A stretch of DNA of 54,152 nt. It comes from Prorocentrum cordatum (Eukaryota). Both the position numbers and the translations under genes were made by a program. The stretch is taken from contig CAUYUJ010000262.1 of the NCBI GenBank assembly GCA_963575745.1, positions 62,001 to 116,152 of the forward strand. The letters are read 5' to 3'. Under the pieces are notes generated by a model that saw nothing but the letters and a program-made list of their open reading frames with translations, was not told the DNA's origin and ran no database searches. Position 1 is the first letter of the stretch. The number at the start of each line of letters is the position of its first letter. Below, piece after piece: positions 12,426 to 25,147 of the stretch.

Positions 12426-15400
12426 CTAGCCCCCTGTTCCGGCTCCGCGCCTGGCGCTGGCGGCCCAGCCCTGCGTCTGCGTCGCCGCCAGCACCGCGTC
12501 GGCGGCGTTCCGCTGGAGGACGCACCCGAGCGACTGGTGCAGTCGCCGGATGGCCGCGGAGCGGGCCGTGTCCTGGGCGGGCGCCAGCAGCCTCGTCCGG
12601 GCCAGCGCCTCCTCCCCCAGGCGGCCGTGGTCCTCCACCACAAAGGGCACCACAGCCAGCCCGGGGTAGCGGGCCCGCTTGCGCCGCGCCGCGGCCGCCG
12701 CTGCCGCGCCGTCCCGCCGCGCCGTCCCGCCGCGCCGAGCGCGAGCCGAGCGCGAGCGCGTCTTGTGTGAGCGCGCTCACCACGGTCAGGTCGACAATGA
12801 GTGGCTCAGCTAGGCCTGGGGCGTGGACGACGAGGTGCATCCGCGCCTCCGGGCTCGCCAGCGCGGCGTGCGGGAGGAGGACTTCTCGGCGTACGGTACA
12901 CCCTTGTTCTTCGCACTACTCCGCGAGCGCCGCGCAGCCCGCGTCGTGGCGGCGGACCAGCCATCCGCCCACCTTGCAGCCGCGGGCGTGCCGCCCCTTG
13001 GGGTCCAGTGGCTCGCCGCAGACTCCGCTGTCGGGGTGCCGGTGCTGGCAGAGCCTCGGCGGCCGTGGCCCTGCTGCGCCTGCCGCGGGCGCGGGGGCCG
13101 TGCAGCCAGGCAGGTCGAGATTGAACCGGCACCGCACCAGCTGCGCGTTGGTCAGCCGGTGGCAGGGGCGCGTCGGCATCTGCAGGAGTGCGCTCGCTCC
13201 GTGGCCTCCCGCGGAGCGCAGGGCGGCCGCCGCCGAGGGGTCCGCGGCCGCTTCGTCGGCGGCGAGGCGGGCAGCCGCAGCGAAGGAGGCCGTAGCCAGG
13301 GTGCGCGGCGTAGCTGCCAGTGCCTCGTCGCCCACGTGGGCGGTGTCGTCCCCTAGCGCGGCCCGGAGCATCGCCGTGGCCGCCAGCAGGGCGTGGCGCG
13401 CCCAGGGGCTCAGCGCTGCTAGGGCGGCGGCGCTGTCCAGGCCGAGCCGCCGCAGGCAGTGCGGCAGGCAGAGGTGCCAGGAGGCTGCGCTCGCCGCGGG
13501 GGCCGCGAGCTCCACGCTCTGCAGTCCGTAGCCTCCGGCGGCGCCGGCGAGAAAGAGCTTCCTGCGCGTGGCGTCTCCCAGAGGGTCGCCCAGGGCGCGC
13601 GCGTACTCCGCGGCCAGCGCCCCGTCCAGAGCCCGCGCCTCCCCAGTCGGGATGCCGCAGGTGCGCGCCAGGAACGTGTAGTCAGAGCCCGTCTGCGTGC
13701 GCAGGAGTGTGAGCGCCACGTGTTTGTCCAGGCCCGCCGCGCAAAGAGTGCGCAGCCTCTGGTAGAGCCTACCGCGGGCTGTCTGCAGCGCCGACACCTC
13801 GGGGCTGCCCTCGGCGAGGAGGCTCCCTTCCGCCGGCGCAGCGGCAGGGGTCGCTGGGACCGTCGGCAGCGCGCCGTGGCGGAGTACCAGGGCCCGGGGT
13901 TCTAGCTCGCGCCGCCCAGGGAGCGCCGCCACGTCGACCTCCCGGCCTGGGCTCAGCTTGGTCTTGGCCAGGTTGCCGCGGAGGCCTACCGCGGCGCAGG
14001 CGCGCGCAAAGGTTTCCTCGGCGGCGGGGGCTTTGGAGGGGTCACACATGACGTCGAGGTCATCTTGGTAGCAGTACCCCCTCGCCGGTTCCGCCGCGGT
14101 GGTTGCTGCCTGCCTGCTCCACGGCGCCAGCCACCCCGTGGTAGCACCGAGGGAACACCTGGTTGGTGAGGGCGTCTCCCTGGTCCCCGCCGCGTTCCTT
14201 CGGGAGTTGGGTCCGCGTGCCGTCGCGCGCCACGTGCACGTGTGTGGAACCCGTGCACAGGCCCAGACGCGCCCAAGGCAGCAGGTCCGGGACCAGGGCG
14301 GACACTGTTGTCGCCGCGGCCCCCCTGTCAAATTCGTTGCGGGCGCTACTCACGTCCAGGCTGACCTTGCAGCAGCGCGGCCGGCAGTCGAGGTCGAGCA
14401 GAGCTGCCTTGCGCATGCGTTCTGCCCCCCGGGCGCTCCCCACTGAGTAATCGTTCTGCCCCAGCGCCGCGGCCACCTGCCAGTGAACATCCGGCCGACG
14501 GCCTTCGAGGCGGCGCGCCGGTGGACGTTGCCCAGCGCAAGGGGTCGCACCTTGTTTTCTTCCTCCCGGTCCCCCGCCAGGATCCTTGCTGACAGCCAGG
14601 GCCCGTGCACCTCGCCAGGGACCCGGCCGAGCTGCAGCCGCAGGACCACTTGCTGGAAACTCTCCCAGGCCGCCGCGTGACGAGGCATCCACGTCCAGTG
14701 CTCGTTCCTCGTGCCGCCTGGCCGGGCCCCCCGGTTCCGCGGCACGTGGGTGCAAGCCTTCCGGAGTTCGTCCAAAAAGCGGTTCACGTCCTCCTCCTCC
14801 TCCTCCTCCTCCTCCTCCGGGTCCGCCGCCATCAGGGCGGGCTGCGAGGCCGCCCGCGGGAACAGGCCAGGGAGGCACCGCCTGGCCTTGCTGTCGGAGG
14901 CCATCTGGGTCCGCCCGTCCACGACTCTGAGGGCCTCCCGGATGTCTTCCTCCGCCAAAGCCTCGTTGATGCTCTGGATGTCCCGGGCCAGCTGCTGTGC
15001 CTCGGACTGCGCCGCTGCTCCGGGCTCTGCCAGTGGGACCTCGGACTCCCGCCAGAGGACGTCCCAGCAGCCTTCCCACGCCAGCCCGATGCGCCTCGCC
15101 AGGGTCCGGGCCAGTGTTTCGCCCCTCTGGCCCCGCGCCCCTCCTCGACGCTTGCGGGCAGCGGCGAAGAGCAGGCGGTCCGAGAAGAGAATCGCCTTCA
15201 GGAGCTGCGCCTGCTCCTGCTCCGTGGTGGCCGCGAGCATGGCGTCGCACAGGGCCTTACGCAGGTCTGCCACTGCGCGCACCGGGTCGTGCAGGCGGCC
15301 CCACGACAACAAATCCCAGAACTCCATGCGCTGCAACTCCCCGTACTGAACCTCCTCCTCCCTCCTCGGTTCATGCCTCCTCCTTTGTCCTTCTGCTCTT

Positions 15401-15786
15401 CCCGCAGCTGCCTCCGGGGCAGCTCGGGCCAGGGACCCGGCAGCAGTGGCGGCAGCGCCAGCGGCAGCCCCGAGAGCAGCCTGCGCCTCTATGTGGTGCA
15501 CGCGAGCGCCCTGCCCTCCCCGGCGGACGCGCGGCGCCCGGGCCAGGATCTCCTCCAGGCAGCTCGAACACATCGAAAGGGTGCGCGAAGAGGGGGCAGA
15601 GATGACCCACGCTCCACCTCCTGAGGTGGTTCCGTCGTCACCCTCGTCCGGCGGGCGCTGCCGCCGGCGCCCTGGCGCCGCCACCGCAGCCGCCGGCGCA
15701 GCGCCTGGGTCCGCTTCAGCATCGGTCCCCACCGCCGCCGCTGGTGCAGCGCCAGGGGCGTCGCCAGGGTTCACGTCCATCTCCAT
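12426..15786 (-). pseudogene. Degraded CRE-like (RLE-type) non-LTR retrotransposon ORF: reverse transcriptase, CCHC knuckle and restriction-like endonuclease
   Basis: Motifs across several minus frames in the correct order: KVRPLALGNVHRRAASKAV, SLDVSSARNEFDR, GGDQGDAL, YQDD (14059-14070), GLRGNLAKT, GGYGL, C..CGEPLDPKGRHARGC..G..VRRHD, RMHLVV..LIVDLTV, VPFVVEDHGRLG, LQRNAA. Multiple frameshifts and an in-frame stop near 12916. Confidence 0.85.
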
Positions 15787-15979
15787 GGTGTAGGTGTGCC
15801 TGCAGGGCCGCCGCCGCCGCCGCCCAGAGCAGCAGCGCAGGGGCCCGGCCTCCTCCTCCTTCTCCTCCTCCTCCTCCTCCTCCTCCTCCTCCTCCTCCTC
15901 CTCCTCCTCCTCCTCCTCCTCCTCCTCCTCCTCCTCCTCCTCCTCCTCCTCCTCCTCCTCCTCCTCCTCCTCCTCCTCC

Positions 15980-15989
15980 TTGGCTCAAG
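15980..15989 (+). other. Partial spliced-leader relic (TTGGCTCAAG); second partial TGGCTCAAG at 16118-16126
   Basis: Exact match to the 3' 10 nt of DinoSL directly after a (CCT)n tract; the match is short. Confidence 0.4.
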
Positions 15990-17219
15990 GCTATCGCGCC
16001 CGTTCATCCATCGATGTCTGCTTCTGGTGTTGCCCCGCCCGCGCCGACGGCACCTGCTGCTGGGCCGCCTGAGCCGCCCATTTCGTTGCCTTCCCCTCCT
16101 GCCGAATGAGCTCCTCCTGGCTCAAGGGGTCGTGTGTTGAGGAGTCCGAGGTTTAGATTCGAGTGCTCAAGACTGTCTGCACGACAGGCGCACATGCCTG
16201 GGCTTCGATCCTGAGCAAGCGTGAAGCCAAGCGTGCCTCGCAGTACACATCTCCTCCTGATCAACTCGTCTTTTCCCCCCTCCCCCTCCTCCGTCTCTTC
16301 CTCCTCCTGCTCCTCCTCCTGTTCCTCCTCCTCCCTCCTCCTCCTCCTCCTCCTCCTCCTCCTCCTCCTCCTCCTCCTCCTCCTCCTCCTCCTCCTCCCT
16401 CCTCCTCCTCCTCCTCCTCCTCCTCCTCCTCCTCCTCCTCCTCCTCCTTCATCCTCCCCCTCCTCGCAGCAACAGCGTCGGCGAAGGCGGCGCCGACGGC
16501 GGCGGCGGCGGCGACGTCTTGGAGAATTGGGAAGCCTCTAGAGATTCTCGTGGCCACGGCTAGACTCGACTCGGCTCGGAAGCTTGTCCCGATGGGCCCC
16601 CCCGAGAGGTCTTGACTGGATTTCGGCCTGCTGGGAGGAGGAGGGAGAGGAGGAGGAGGAGGAGGAGGAGGAGGAGGAGGAGGAGTAGGAGGAGGATGCG
16701 GACGAGGAGGAGGAAAAGGAGGAGGAGGAGGAGGAGGAAAAGGAGAAGGAGAAGAAGGAGGAGGAGGAGGGGGAGGAGGAGGAGGAGGAGGAGGAGGAGG
16801 AGGAGGAGGAGGATCGAGGATAAAGGTTTTCCAGTTTTCCATAGTTTTCACATTTGCTTTCTGGTTTATGTGAATATCCTCGTCGTCACATTTGAATCCC
16901 CCACTGAATCACAGCGAGAACGCACCATCGGAGAGGTCCCGGGGGGACGTTTGCAGGGCCAGACGCCTGGGAAGCCATGGTTCACGTTGAGTAGGCCAGA
17001 GCCCTTCGGCAGCTTTGGGCAGCCATCGGCGACCTTCGGCTTCGGGTCCGTTCCGATCCGATCGATTCAGTTTGGCTACGATTCCGCCCCGCTCGATCCT
17101 AGTCGATCTCGGTCCTCGGTATCCCAGCGACACGAGGCGGCCCGAGACTGTCGGGTGTTTGCACGGTGCAGTCGTGCCTCCTCGCGCGGCCAGTCTAACT
17201 AAACTGCGACTGCGTGCGG

Positions 17220-17962
17220 ATGGGGCCCGATCCGCTGCACTCGCCTGCCCGATTCGACCTCCCGATCTGGTGCCGAACGATCTCTGGGCAGGCGCTGTAC
17301 ACCGTGCGGCACGTGGTGCGCGTCGCCACCGCAGCCTGCGCGGCCCTCTCGGCGCTGAAGCTGGCGGTGTACTGGCAGACGGGATCCGCGGTGATCCTGA
17401 CCTCGGCGCTGGGGTCGCTGGGAGACCTCGCGGCGACGTGCGTCGCACGGTTCGCCGCCCGCCAGGTGGCCAGGCAGGACCGTGCCACCTACCCCGCGGG
17501 GCGGGCAAAGTTCGAGCCAGCAGCAGTGGCCTTGTTCGCGGCGTTCATGGCCACCATCATGTTCGCGAACGCGTTGGGCAACGTCAAGGAGGTGTCGGAG
17601 ATCGACGAGGCGGCCAGGGAGAGGGCCGTGAGATCGTTCTGGTCTCTGCTGATGGGCGGGCAAGGCGAGACGTGGTCATTACTTCAGCGAGGGCGAGGCG
17701 AAAGCGAGCCTCCGGCGTTTCAATTCAAGCCAGGCGAGGGTTCGTTGAATGGCACATTCGACGCGGATACATGGCTAGAGGCCAATGCAAACATGCAGGA
17801 GACTATAGATTACGCTGGATTCGTTGTACAACCGTTCTTGGAGTCCAACAAGGCGTGGACTGCCATCGCTTTGTTAAGCTGCTGCGCAGTACTCAAGTTC
17901 GGTTTGTGGTTCTACTGCGTCATGCTGGCAATCCCAAAAAGCGGATCCACGTTTCTTGTATC
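17220..17962 (+). CDS. Cation diffusion facilitator (Mn-CDF/MTP8-11-like) transporter, segment 1
   Basis: LKLAVYWQTGSAVILTSALGSLGDL...YPAGRAKFEPAAVALFAAFMAT...LKFGLWFYC matches the MTP pattern (TM1-TM4, including YPxG(K/R)xxx(Q/E)P..F..MAT). Similarity ends at KSGSTFLVS, where repeat DNA begins. Confidence 0.8.
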
Positions 17963-18159
17963 GAGCACGCCTATGGCGAATCACCGCCGTCTCTTGCCTT
18001 TGGGAAGCGCTTATGTGGCCGAACGTTGTGGCCAGAGCTTTCCAAGCTATCGGACTATGTGTTCCCCCAGCCGTTGCGGCCATTCGGGGAACACGTGGGG
18101 GACAAAGAAGAAGAGGAGGCCAGAGGGGAAAAGGAAGGAGAAGGAGGAGGAGATGGAGG

Positions 18160-20690
18160 CCTCTTCGGAGTCTCTCGGGCCACTCCTTGAGCCTCCTGGG
18201 AGCTTCCTGGGGGCCTCTGAGAGGCTTCGTGGGGGGGCCTCTGGAGGCTCCATGGGAGGCTCTTTGGCCACCTGGCCGGCGGACACCGCCTCTCTGGGCG
18301 CCAAGGTGGGCCCTATTTGGGGCGCTTCAGGACCGTCGTGGAGGCCGTCTTGGGCGTCTCAGAGGTATCCCGGGCGTCCTTCTCCTCCTCCATCTCGTTT
18401 CTCTTCCTCCTCCTCCTCCTCCTCCTCCTCCTCCTCCTCTTCCTCCTCCTCCTTCTCCTCCTCCTTCTCCTCCTCCCCCCTCCCCTTCTCTACATTGGGC
18501 TCCTCCTCCTGCTCCTCCTCCTCCTCCTCCTCCTCCTCCTCCTACTCCTCCTCCTCCTCCTCCTCCTCCTCCTCCTCCTCCTCCTCCTCGTCCTCCTCCA
18601 ACTTGAGGCCCTCTTGCGGCCACCTTGAGGGCCACCTGAGCCGTCAGCGCGGGCCATCTCTGAGGCCTCCCGGGCGTTTTCGGGGCCCTCTTGGTGGCCT
18701 TTGGGGCCATCTTGGGCCGCCGGAGAGCCGAAAATGTGCAAGCGTCAAAGTATGTGAAAAACCTGAGTTGAATCAATGATTTCGACCTGTCTGGGCCTTG
18801 CTGGAGGTCTTCTTGGAGGCCTCTTAGGCCGTCTCAGAGGCCTCTTGGGCGATCTTGAGGCCATCTTGGCCTATCTTGGGTGCATGTCGGTCCATCTTGG
18901 AGACATATCAGGGCCATATTGTGCTCTGCTGGGGCCATCGCAGCCGTCTTGGAGGCCATCTTGGCCGTCTTGGGGGCCCTCTTGGGGCCGTCTGGAGCAG
19001 AAATGCCGACGACCTAGGAAGTTTACGGATATTCGTGGAGACGATTTTTCTGTGTTTGTCGTTATCTCAACGTCCTTCTGGGTGGCCGGCAGGTTGGGCC
19101 GAAGGCCCTCAGGGCCGCAAGTTATTGAATATCCAGCACGCCGCGCACCCCTGTTGCAAGCCACTGGGGGCGGCGGATCTAAGACGCCTACGGCGAATCA
19201 CCGCCGCCCCCTGCCTTTGTGGAAGCGCCTATGTGGCCGAACGTTGAGGCCAGACCTGCCAAGCCATCGGACCATGTGTTCCCCGAATCGGTTTGGAAAG
19301 CCTTCGGGGAACACGTGGGCATCTTGAAGGTCATCTTGGCCGTCTTGGAGGCCTCCTGGGCGATCTTTCGGCGATCTTTGGTGGCTCTTGGGCCGTCTCG
19401 GGCCGTCGGAAGGCCGAAAAGAAGGAAATGTCAAAATCCGTCACAAACCTCAGGAAAATCTATGTTTTCGGCCTCGTCTGGCCTTCCTGGAGGCCCTCTT
19501 CGAGGCCTCTTGGGCCCTTTTGAGCCAGCTTCGAGCCAACTTCGGCCATCTTGGTGGGTTCCTGGCACGTCTGACGCCGTCGGGAGCCGTCTTGGGGGCC
19601 TTTCTGGGCCCACAGGGGACCCTCTTGGGCCTCTTCGGGCCCTCCTGGAGGAGCTCTTAGAGGCCTCTTGGGCCGTCTTGGGGGCCTCTTGGGCCGTCTT
19701 CGGCCATCTTGACGCCATCTTAGGCCGTCTTGGGTGCATCTTCGGCGCCTTGGCGGCATCTTGGGGCCATCTGAACCGTCTTGGAGGCCATCTTGGAGAC
19801 CATCTTCGGCGTTTTGGAGGCCTCTTGGGCCGTCTTGGGACCGTCTTGGGCGCCTCTTGGGCCGTCACGGGGCCATCTTGGAGGCCTCTTGGGACGATCT
19901 TGGGGACTTTTCGGGCCACCTGGGGCCGTCGGAAGGCCGAAAAGGCGTAAATACCAAAATCTGTGAAAAACCTAAGGGGAATCAATGATTTTGGCCTCGG
20001 CGAGCCTTCCTGGAGGAGCTCTTGGAGGCCTTTTCGGCCGTCTTCGGGGCCTCTGGGGGGACTCTTGGGCAGTCGTGGGCCATCTTGACACCATCTGCGG
20101 CCGTCTTGGGTGCATCTTGGGCCGTCTTGGCGGCATCTTGGGCACATCTGAGCCGTCTTGGAGGCCATCTTGGCCGTCTGGGAGGTCATCTCGAGCCATC
20201 TTGGAGGATTTTTTGCGGTCGTTGAGCTCGTTTCCGGGCCTTCCGCGGCCCCGGCGGGACGCGCCGGAGCCCATTCGGAGAGTGCTTTGGGAAAAAGAAC
20301 CAAAACCAAAACCGATAGGGTTCGGCACGCCGGGCACCCCTTTGCTGAAGCAAAAGGGGGCGGCGGATCTAGTGGCCTTAGGCTCAACCTGCCACCGTGC
20401 TTGGGTTGTGGGTTACGGACATATTGCATGCATGCCTCTTGTGGTCTCTTGGAGGGCTCTTGTGGCCCTCTGGGTGAGCGTTCTCGGAGGCCTCTTGGGG
20501 GCCTCTTTGGGGCTTTGGGGGGATCTTTTGGCGACCTCTTGGCGGCACTGGGTTCCCCCTCTTGGGCCGTCTTGGACGGCATTCCAACAGAAAAGCCGAT
20601 TATGTTACAGTCATGCACGACATGTTGTTTACTAAGTTGGCCCTTTTGGGCCGGCCGCAGGACCTCCAAGACGGCCCACGATGCGCCAAA
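18160..20690. repeat. Dispersed low-complexity GGCCGTCTTGG/GGCCTCTTGG repeat family
   Basis: Same family in the opposite orientation (CCAAGAGGCC/CCAAGACGGCC) at ~1-3320 and in the same orientation at 50170-50400. Confidence 0.85.
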
Positions 20691-21309
20691 CATGGTTCCT
20701 ATCGCAGTCGCTGGCCGCTTGGGCCTGGGTTGCCAGAAATACGAAGTCAGGGCTCCCTCGGATCCTTCCACCGCGCTGCCCAACACTGAGACTGCCGAGC
20801 AGTGGCGAAGCGCCCTGGCTTGCCTATAAGCCCACCAAAGAATGTTCTGAGAACATTTTGTGGTCTGCACGAAAAGTTCTTAGAGCATTTCTGAATGGGG
20901 CTTTCTTGTTTCAACACAGCGCGTTTATGTTTTTCAGAACCTTATGTTCGTTCTGAGAACATTTCTGGGTTCTAAGAACATTGCGCGGTAGGCCTGTGGG
21001 AATGCCGGGACGGTCGGTCCCTGCTCAGTATTTAGCCTGCCGCCCAGTTATTGATCCTCCTCTTCCTCTCTCTTTTGGTCGCCCGCTTCGCCTCCTGTTG
21101 ACCGCTGTGCTGTTGAAAGACATGGACGTGGTGGATCCGCCACACAGCGCTTGGGTCTGCTTCGCTCCTTCGCTCTACTTCTCCTGCCTGCTTCACACCT
21201 CCACGGCGGCACGCTTCGAGAGGCGGCCACAGGAGCAGCAGGCTGGCTTCGCGCTATCGCGAAGAGGGGAAAAGGAAATAATTGTACATATCATAAAAAG
21301 AAAAAAGCC

Positions 21310-21425
21310 ACCAACAACAACAACAACGACAACGACAATGACAACAGCAACAACAACAACAATAACAACAGCAACAACCGCAACAACAGCCATAGCAGTA
21401 ATAACAACAACAGCAACAACAACAA

Positions 21426-21460
<35 letters not shown>

Positions 21461-21550
21461 ATAACAATAACAACAACAGCAACAACAACAACAACGACAA
21501 CAACAGCAGCGACAACAACAACAACAACAACAACAACCACAACAACAACT
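21310..21550 (+). repeat. (AAC/AGC)n microsatellite
   Basis: Direct reading. Confidence 0.95.
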
Positions 21551-21761
21551 AAACGCCCGACATGGCTCCAGGACGGGTCCTGAGACCAGCCGAGGCCATG
21601 CTAGAAGTATGGGGTCCGAGATCGTGCGATCGAGAGAGCGCACGGGAGCTCCCGCGAATCGGGGCTTTGGGCCCCCTGAGGGGCATCTGCAGCACACGAT
21701 ACAGATATGTCGAAAGGACCCGGCCACACTCCACTCGGTGCCTACGGCACGGTGGCGGATC

Positions 21762-22178
21762 CGTGGCCAACGACAGCAGGAATGAGTTCCTCGCAACCAG
21801 TTTCGCGATCGCTTCCCTGATGGTGGGCTTGTACTTCAAGGACTCCATGCACGAACTCGCAGAGAGGGTCGATCCCCTCTTCTCCGTGGTTCTGTCGTTC
21901 GTGATCATGTGTACTTGGGTGACGCTGCTGAAGGAACAGCTGGGGCCGCTTGCACAAGCAAGCGTACCCGTGGACTTACTGGAGCCGTTGCAGCAGCATG
22001 TGTGCCAGACAATCAAAGAGCATTGCGCCAAGGGCTTAGAGGCCGACAGCGTTGTGGCCTACCAGTACAGCTCATCCAGGTACATGGTTGAGATAGCACT
22101 GGCCATGTCTGAGCCAGATTCGGTCCCCTTTTCCACGGCAGACGCAGTGATCCAAGCTCTCGAGAACAACATATCCAG
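21762..22178 (+). CDS. CDF/MTP-like transporter, segment 2 (TM5-TM6 and dimerisation domain)
   Basis: VANDSRNEFLATS...VDPLFSVVLSFVIMCTW...DSVVAYQYSSSRYMVEIAL...LENNISR parallels the MTP pattern ADH.ND...DP...W...DTVRAY...Y.VEVDI...LQ.KLE. Joins segment 1 in frame if 17963-21761 is removed. Confidence 0.8.
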
Positions 22179-23305
22179 GCTGGTGGTGGTGAAGAGGAGG
22201 AGGAACAGGGCGAGGAGGAGGAGGAGACAGGCCCAAACATCCAACATTAAGGAGAAGGAACGGTACCGTACAAAAATCGCCGCTGGAATTATGGGCCTTG
22301 CCTTGATGCAGGATTCCTTCGAGCCAGGAATGGATTCGTCAGAAACCTTCGACTGGACGTTCGGACAAATACCAGCTGACTTTGGTCACGACGGCCTGAT
22401 GTCAGGAGACGGGGACGTCACCATTTGTTCGTGACGTGGGTCCCTGGGCCTGTCGACACGTTTCCTCGGGCTTGTTTTTTATGCTGATTTGTTGTTGGCG
22501 GTCTTGGGTCCCAAAAACGGACTCTGGAGGTCCACAATTGCGAAGAATTGGCCGTCTCGATGCTTGGTGTATGGCACCGGGGACCAGATCGGTGCGATCG
22601 ACACGGGAACGGAAGAAGTGGTCACGAAGACCGAAAGCATGTCTTATTCATTTTGAATATGACTCGCTGTCGGTGTCGCCGCCGACGTTGTCCATTTGAG
22701 ACAGAAGGCCGCCAGCTCAACAGCGGCCGCTGTCGGGTTTGGACAATATTACGATATGTGTTGTTGGGCAGCGTATTCATTTGTTCCGCACCCATCTCGG
22801 GCGTCCAAATCAGAGGGGGAAGAGGGGACGCAACAAATCTCCAGGATCCCAGACGTCCACGGGGTCGTGGTTCACGTGGTCTGAGGCCCGCTGACAGACG
22901 CGCACATCGCGGCTCGGTGTGGCCCTGGCTACAGCAGGGTCGGGACGGACGGAAACTGCTCGGCGGGCGTCCCAGCGCTCCTCTGCTCGAAGGCGGCCGG
23001 GGATACAAGGGCAGCAGCAGGAGGGGCGGCAGCAACATGATGAGAGCAAGTCCAGACATGCTCGCCTCGTGGAAAAAACTCGACGGGAGGGGTTGGGCCG
23101 CCCTCGGCCTCACAGGAGCCCTCGCCGGTCGCCTGGCCCCACGACCCTCAAAGAACGAGTCGAGATGAGAAGCTGGCCCTGGGGACAGCGTCGGGGCTTC
23201 CAGGGACCTTGCATTGAAACAATCGGGGTATCGCACGTCTGGGAGGGGAAAAGGAGGCGGAGGAGGAGGAGGAGGAGGAGGATCGGGAGGATGGGGAGGA
23301 GGAGG

Positions 23306-23336
<31 letters not shown>

Positions 23337-23847
23337 GGACGGAAGGGGAGAGGAGAGAGAAGAGGAGGAGGAGGAGGAGGAGGAGGAGGAGGAGGAGGAG
23401 GAGGAAGAGGAGAACCATCAGTAGCAGGAGCTGGGCGCGCGCCTCGGCACCTATTTGGCGCGTTGCCCGCAATTCGGGGCGGTTCTGGTGGCGATTCGGG
23501 ACTCGCGGCAGGAGCGTGCGGTCTGGCACGGCGAAGCGCAGCGAGGAGAAACGGAGGAGCAGAGAAGAGGAGGAGAAGGAGGAGGAGGAGGATTATGAAG
23601 CTTCCTTCTCCTCCCTCCCCCCTTGTCAATTGGTGTGCACCCTGCGAATCGGAGCATTCTCTGTGGTAGGTAGCGAGCAATCGAGCGAGAATGAGGAAGA
23701 AGAGAAGAAGGCGGAACAGAGCGGCGGGAGCAAGAGGAAGAGGAGGAGAGGGATGAGAGGAGCAGGCGCGCGGGAGGAGCAGCAGCAGGAGGGACACGAT
23801 GGCGACGACGCAGCCGGCGGCTTCCCAGCAGTCAAGCGAATCGCAAG

Positions 23848-23890
23848 AGCCCCGATGGTCAGTAGATGTGTTGTTTTCGTAGGGCTATGA
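23848..23890 (+). CDS. CDF/MTP-like transporter, probable terminal exon
   Basis: APMVSRCVVFVGL* resembles the MTP C-terminal PEVERAFVH.D. A GC-AG intron at 22179-23847 restores frame, giving a 1203-nt (400-aa) CDS. The match is short, so this is tentative. Confidence 0.45.
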
Positions 23891-24419
23891 GATTGCACGG
23901 CATATCGAATCAAACCACCACGGACTACGGTCCACAGCATGGCACAGCTTTTCTCTAAAAGAGCGCGCTCGTGGCACACGTCTCATCAAGAGGTTGGCCC
24001 CAGCTTCAAGCTACCCCCCATCCCCCTTTTAAAAGGGAGGGGCTTCCGAAGCTATCCCCCACCCTCCTTTTGCGGGCATTTTGTAGCTGGTGGTGGCTTA
24101 GCTAGAGGGGGAGTGGGAGGCTTGGAAGCTACGCCCCCCCCTCCCCCCTTTTCTCGGGGCCCGGGGTTAGCCCGAGCTCCCCTATCCAGGGGGGGAGGGC
24201 TTCCGAAGCTAGCCCCCCCGTTTCCTTTTACTCCCTGGCAAAAGGCGGGTGGACCTTGGAAGCTCCCCCCCTCCTTTTCGGGGCCCGGGGTGAGCCCGGC
24301 TCTGGGTGAGCCCGGGCTCGCCTTTCCAGAGGGCGGGGGCTTCCGAAGCTACCCCTCCCCATCCCTCCTTTTATTTGCTTTTCCAGCTGGAGGGCTCTGG
24401 CTGAAGGAGGGTTCGAAGC

Positions 24420-24800
24420 TACTTGGTTTTCGGCGCCCCTTGGGCCTTTGGCGCCCGTTGGTTTTCGGAGCCTTTTCTGGTTTTCGGCGCCTCATTGGTT
24501 TTCGGCGCTCGTTAGGTTTTTGGCGCCTTTTGGCTTACGGCGCCCCTTTGCTTTTCGGCGCTCTTTTGGTTTTCGGCGTTCCTTTGGTTTTCGGGTCTCT
24601 TTTGGTTGTCGGCGCCCTTTTGGTTTTCGGCGCTCTTTGGTCTTGCGCGACCCTCTGGTTTTGGGCGCCCTTTGGCTTTCGGTGCGCCTTTGGTTTTCGG
24701 CGCCCCTTTGGTCTTGGGCGCTCTTTTGATTTTCGGCGCCCCTTTAGTTTTCGGCGCCCTTTTGGTTTTCGGCGCTCTTCGGTTTTGTGCGCCCCTTTGG
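24420..24800 (+). repeat. TTGGTTTTCGGCGCCC satellite (left arm)
   Basis: ~18-19-bp degenerate units; same family and same strand as 43760-45145. Confidence 0.9.
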
Positions 24801-25147
24801 GAAAGAGCGCCAGTGGATCACCTTGGCCTTTAAAAGGGGGGGGGTGCTCCAGGGAACCCACCCCTCCCTCCCCCCCTTCAGGGGGGGGGGGTCCGAGAAC
24901 CCCCCTCCCCCTCCCCCCCTTTAAGGGGGGGGGGGGGGTCGAACCCCTCCCCCCCCCCCTTTGAAAGGGGGGGGGGGGGTCGGAACCCCTCCCCCCCCCC
25001 CCCCTTGAAGGGGGGGGGGGGGGGTCGGACCCCCCCTCCCCCCTCCCCCCCTTTCCGCAGGGGTCCGGTGCGAGCGAGCCGAGCGCGCGGACTGTTGGAC
25101 GTAGGGGCCGTCGGGGGCGGGACTCTGAAAGCTTTGCGGGCGAGCGA

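Noticed and set aside
12119..15624. Long plus-strand ORFs (470, 339 aa and others)
   Set aside because: Antisense shadows of the GC-rich retrotransposon ORF.
17963..18779. C-terminal half of the 521-aa ORF as part of the CDF protein
   Set aside because: Similarity stops at ~17962; the rest is read-through into repeat DNA (also present at ~19191-19320) and (CCT)n.
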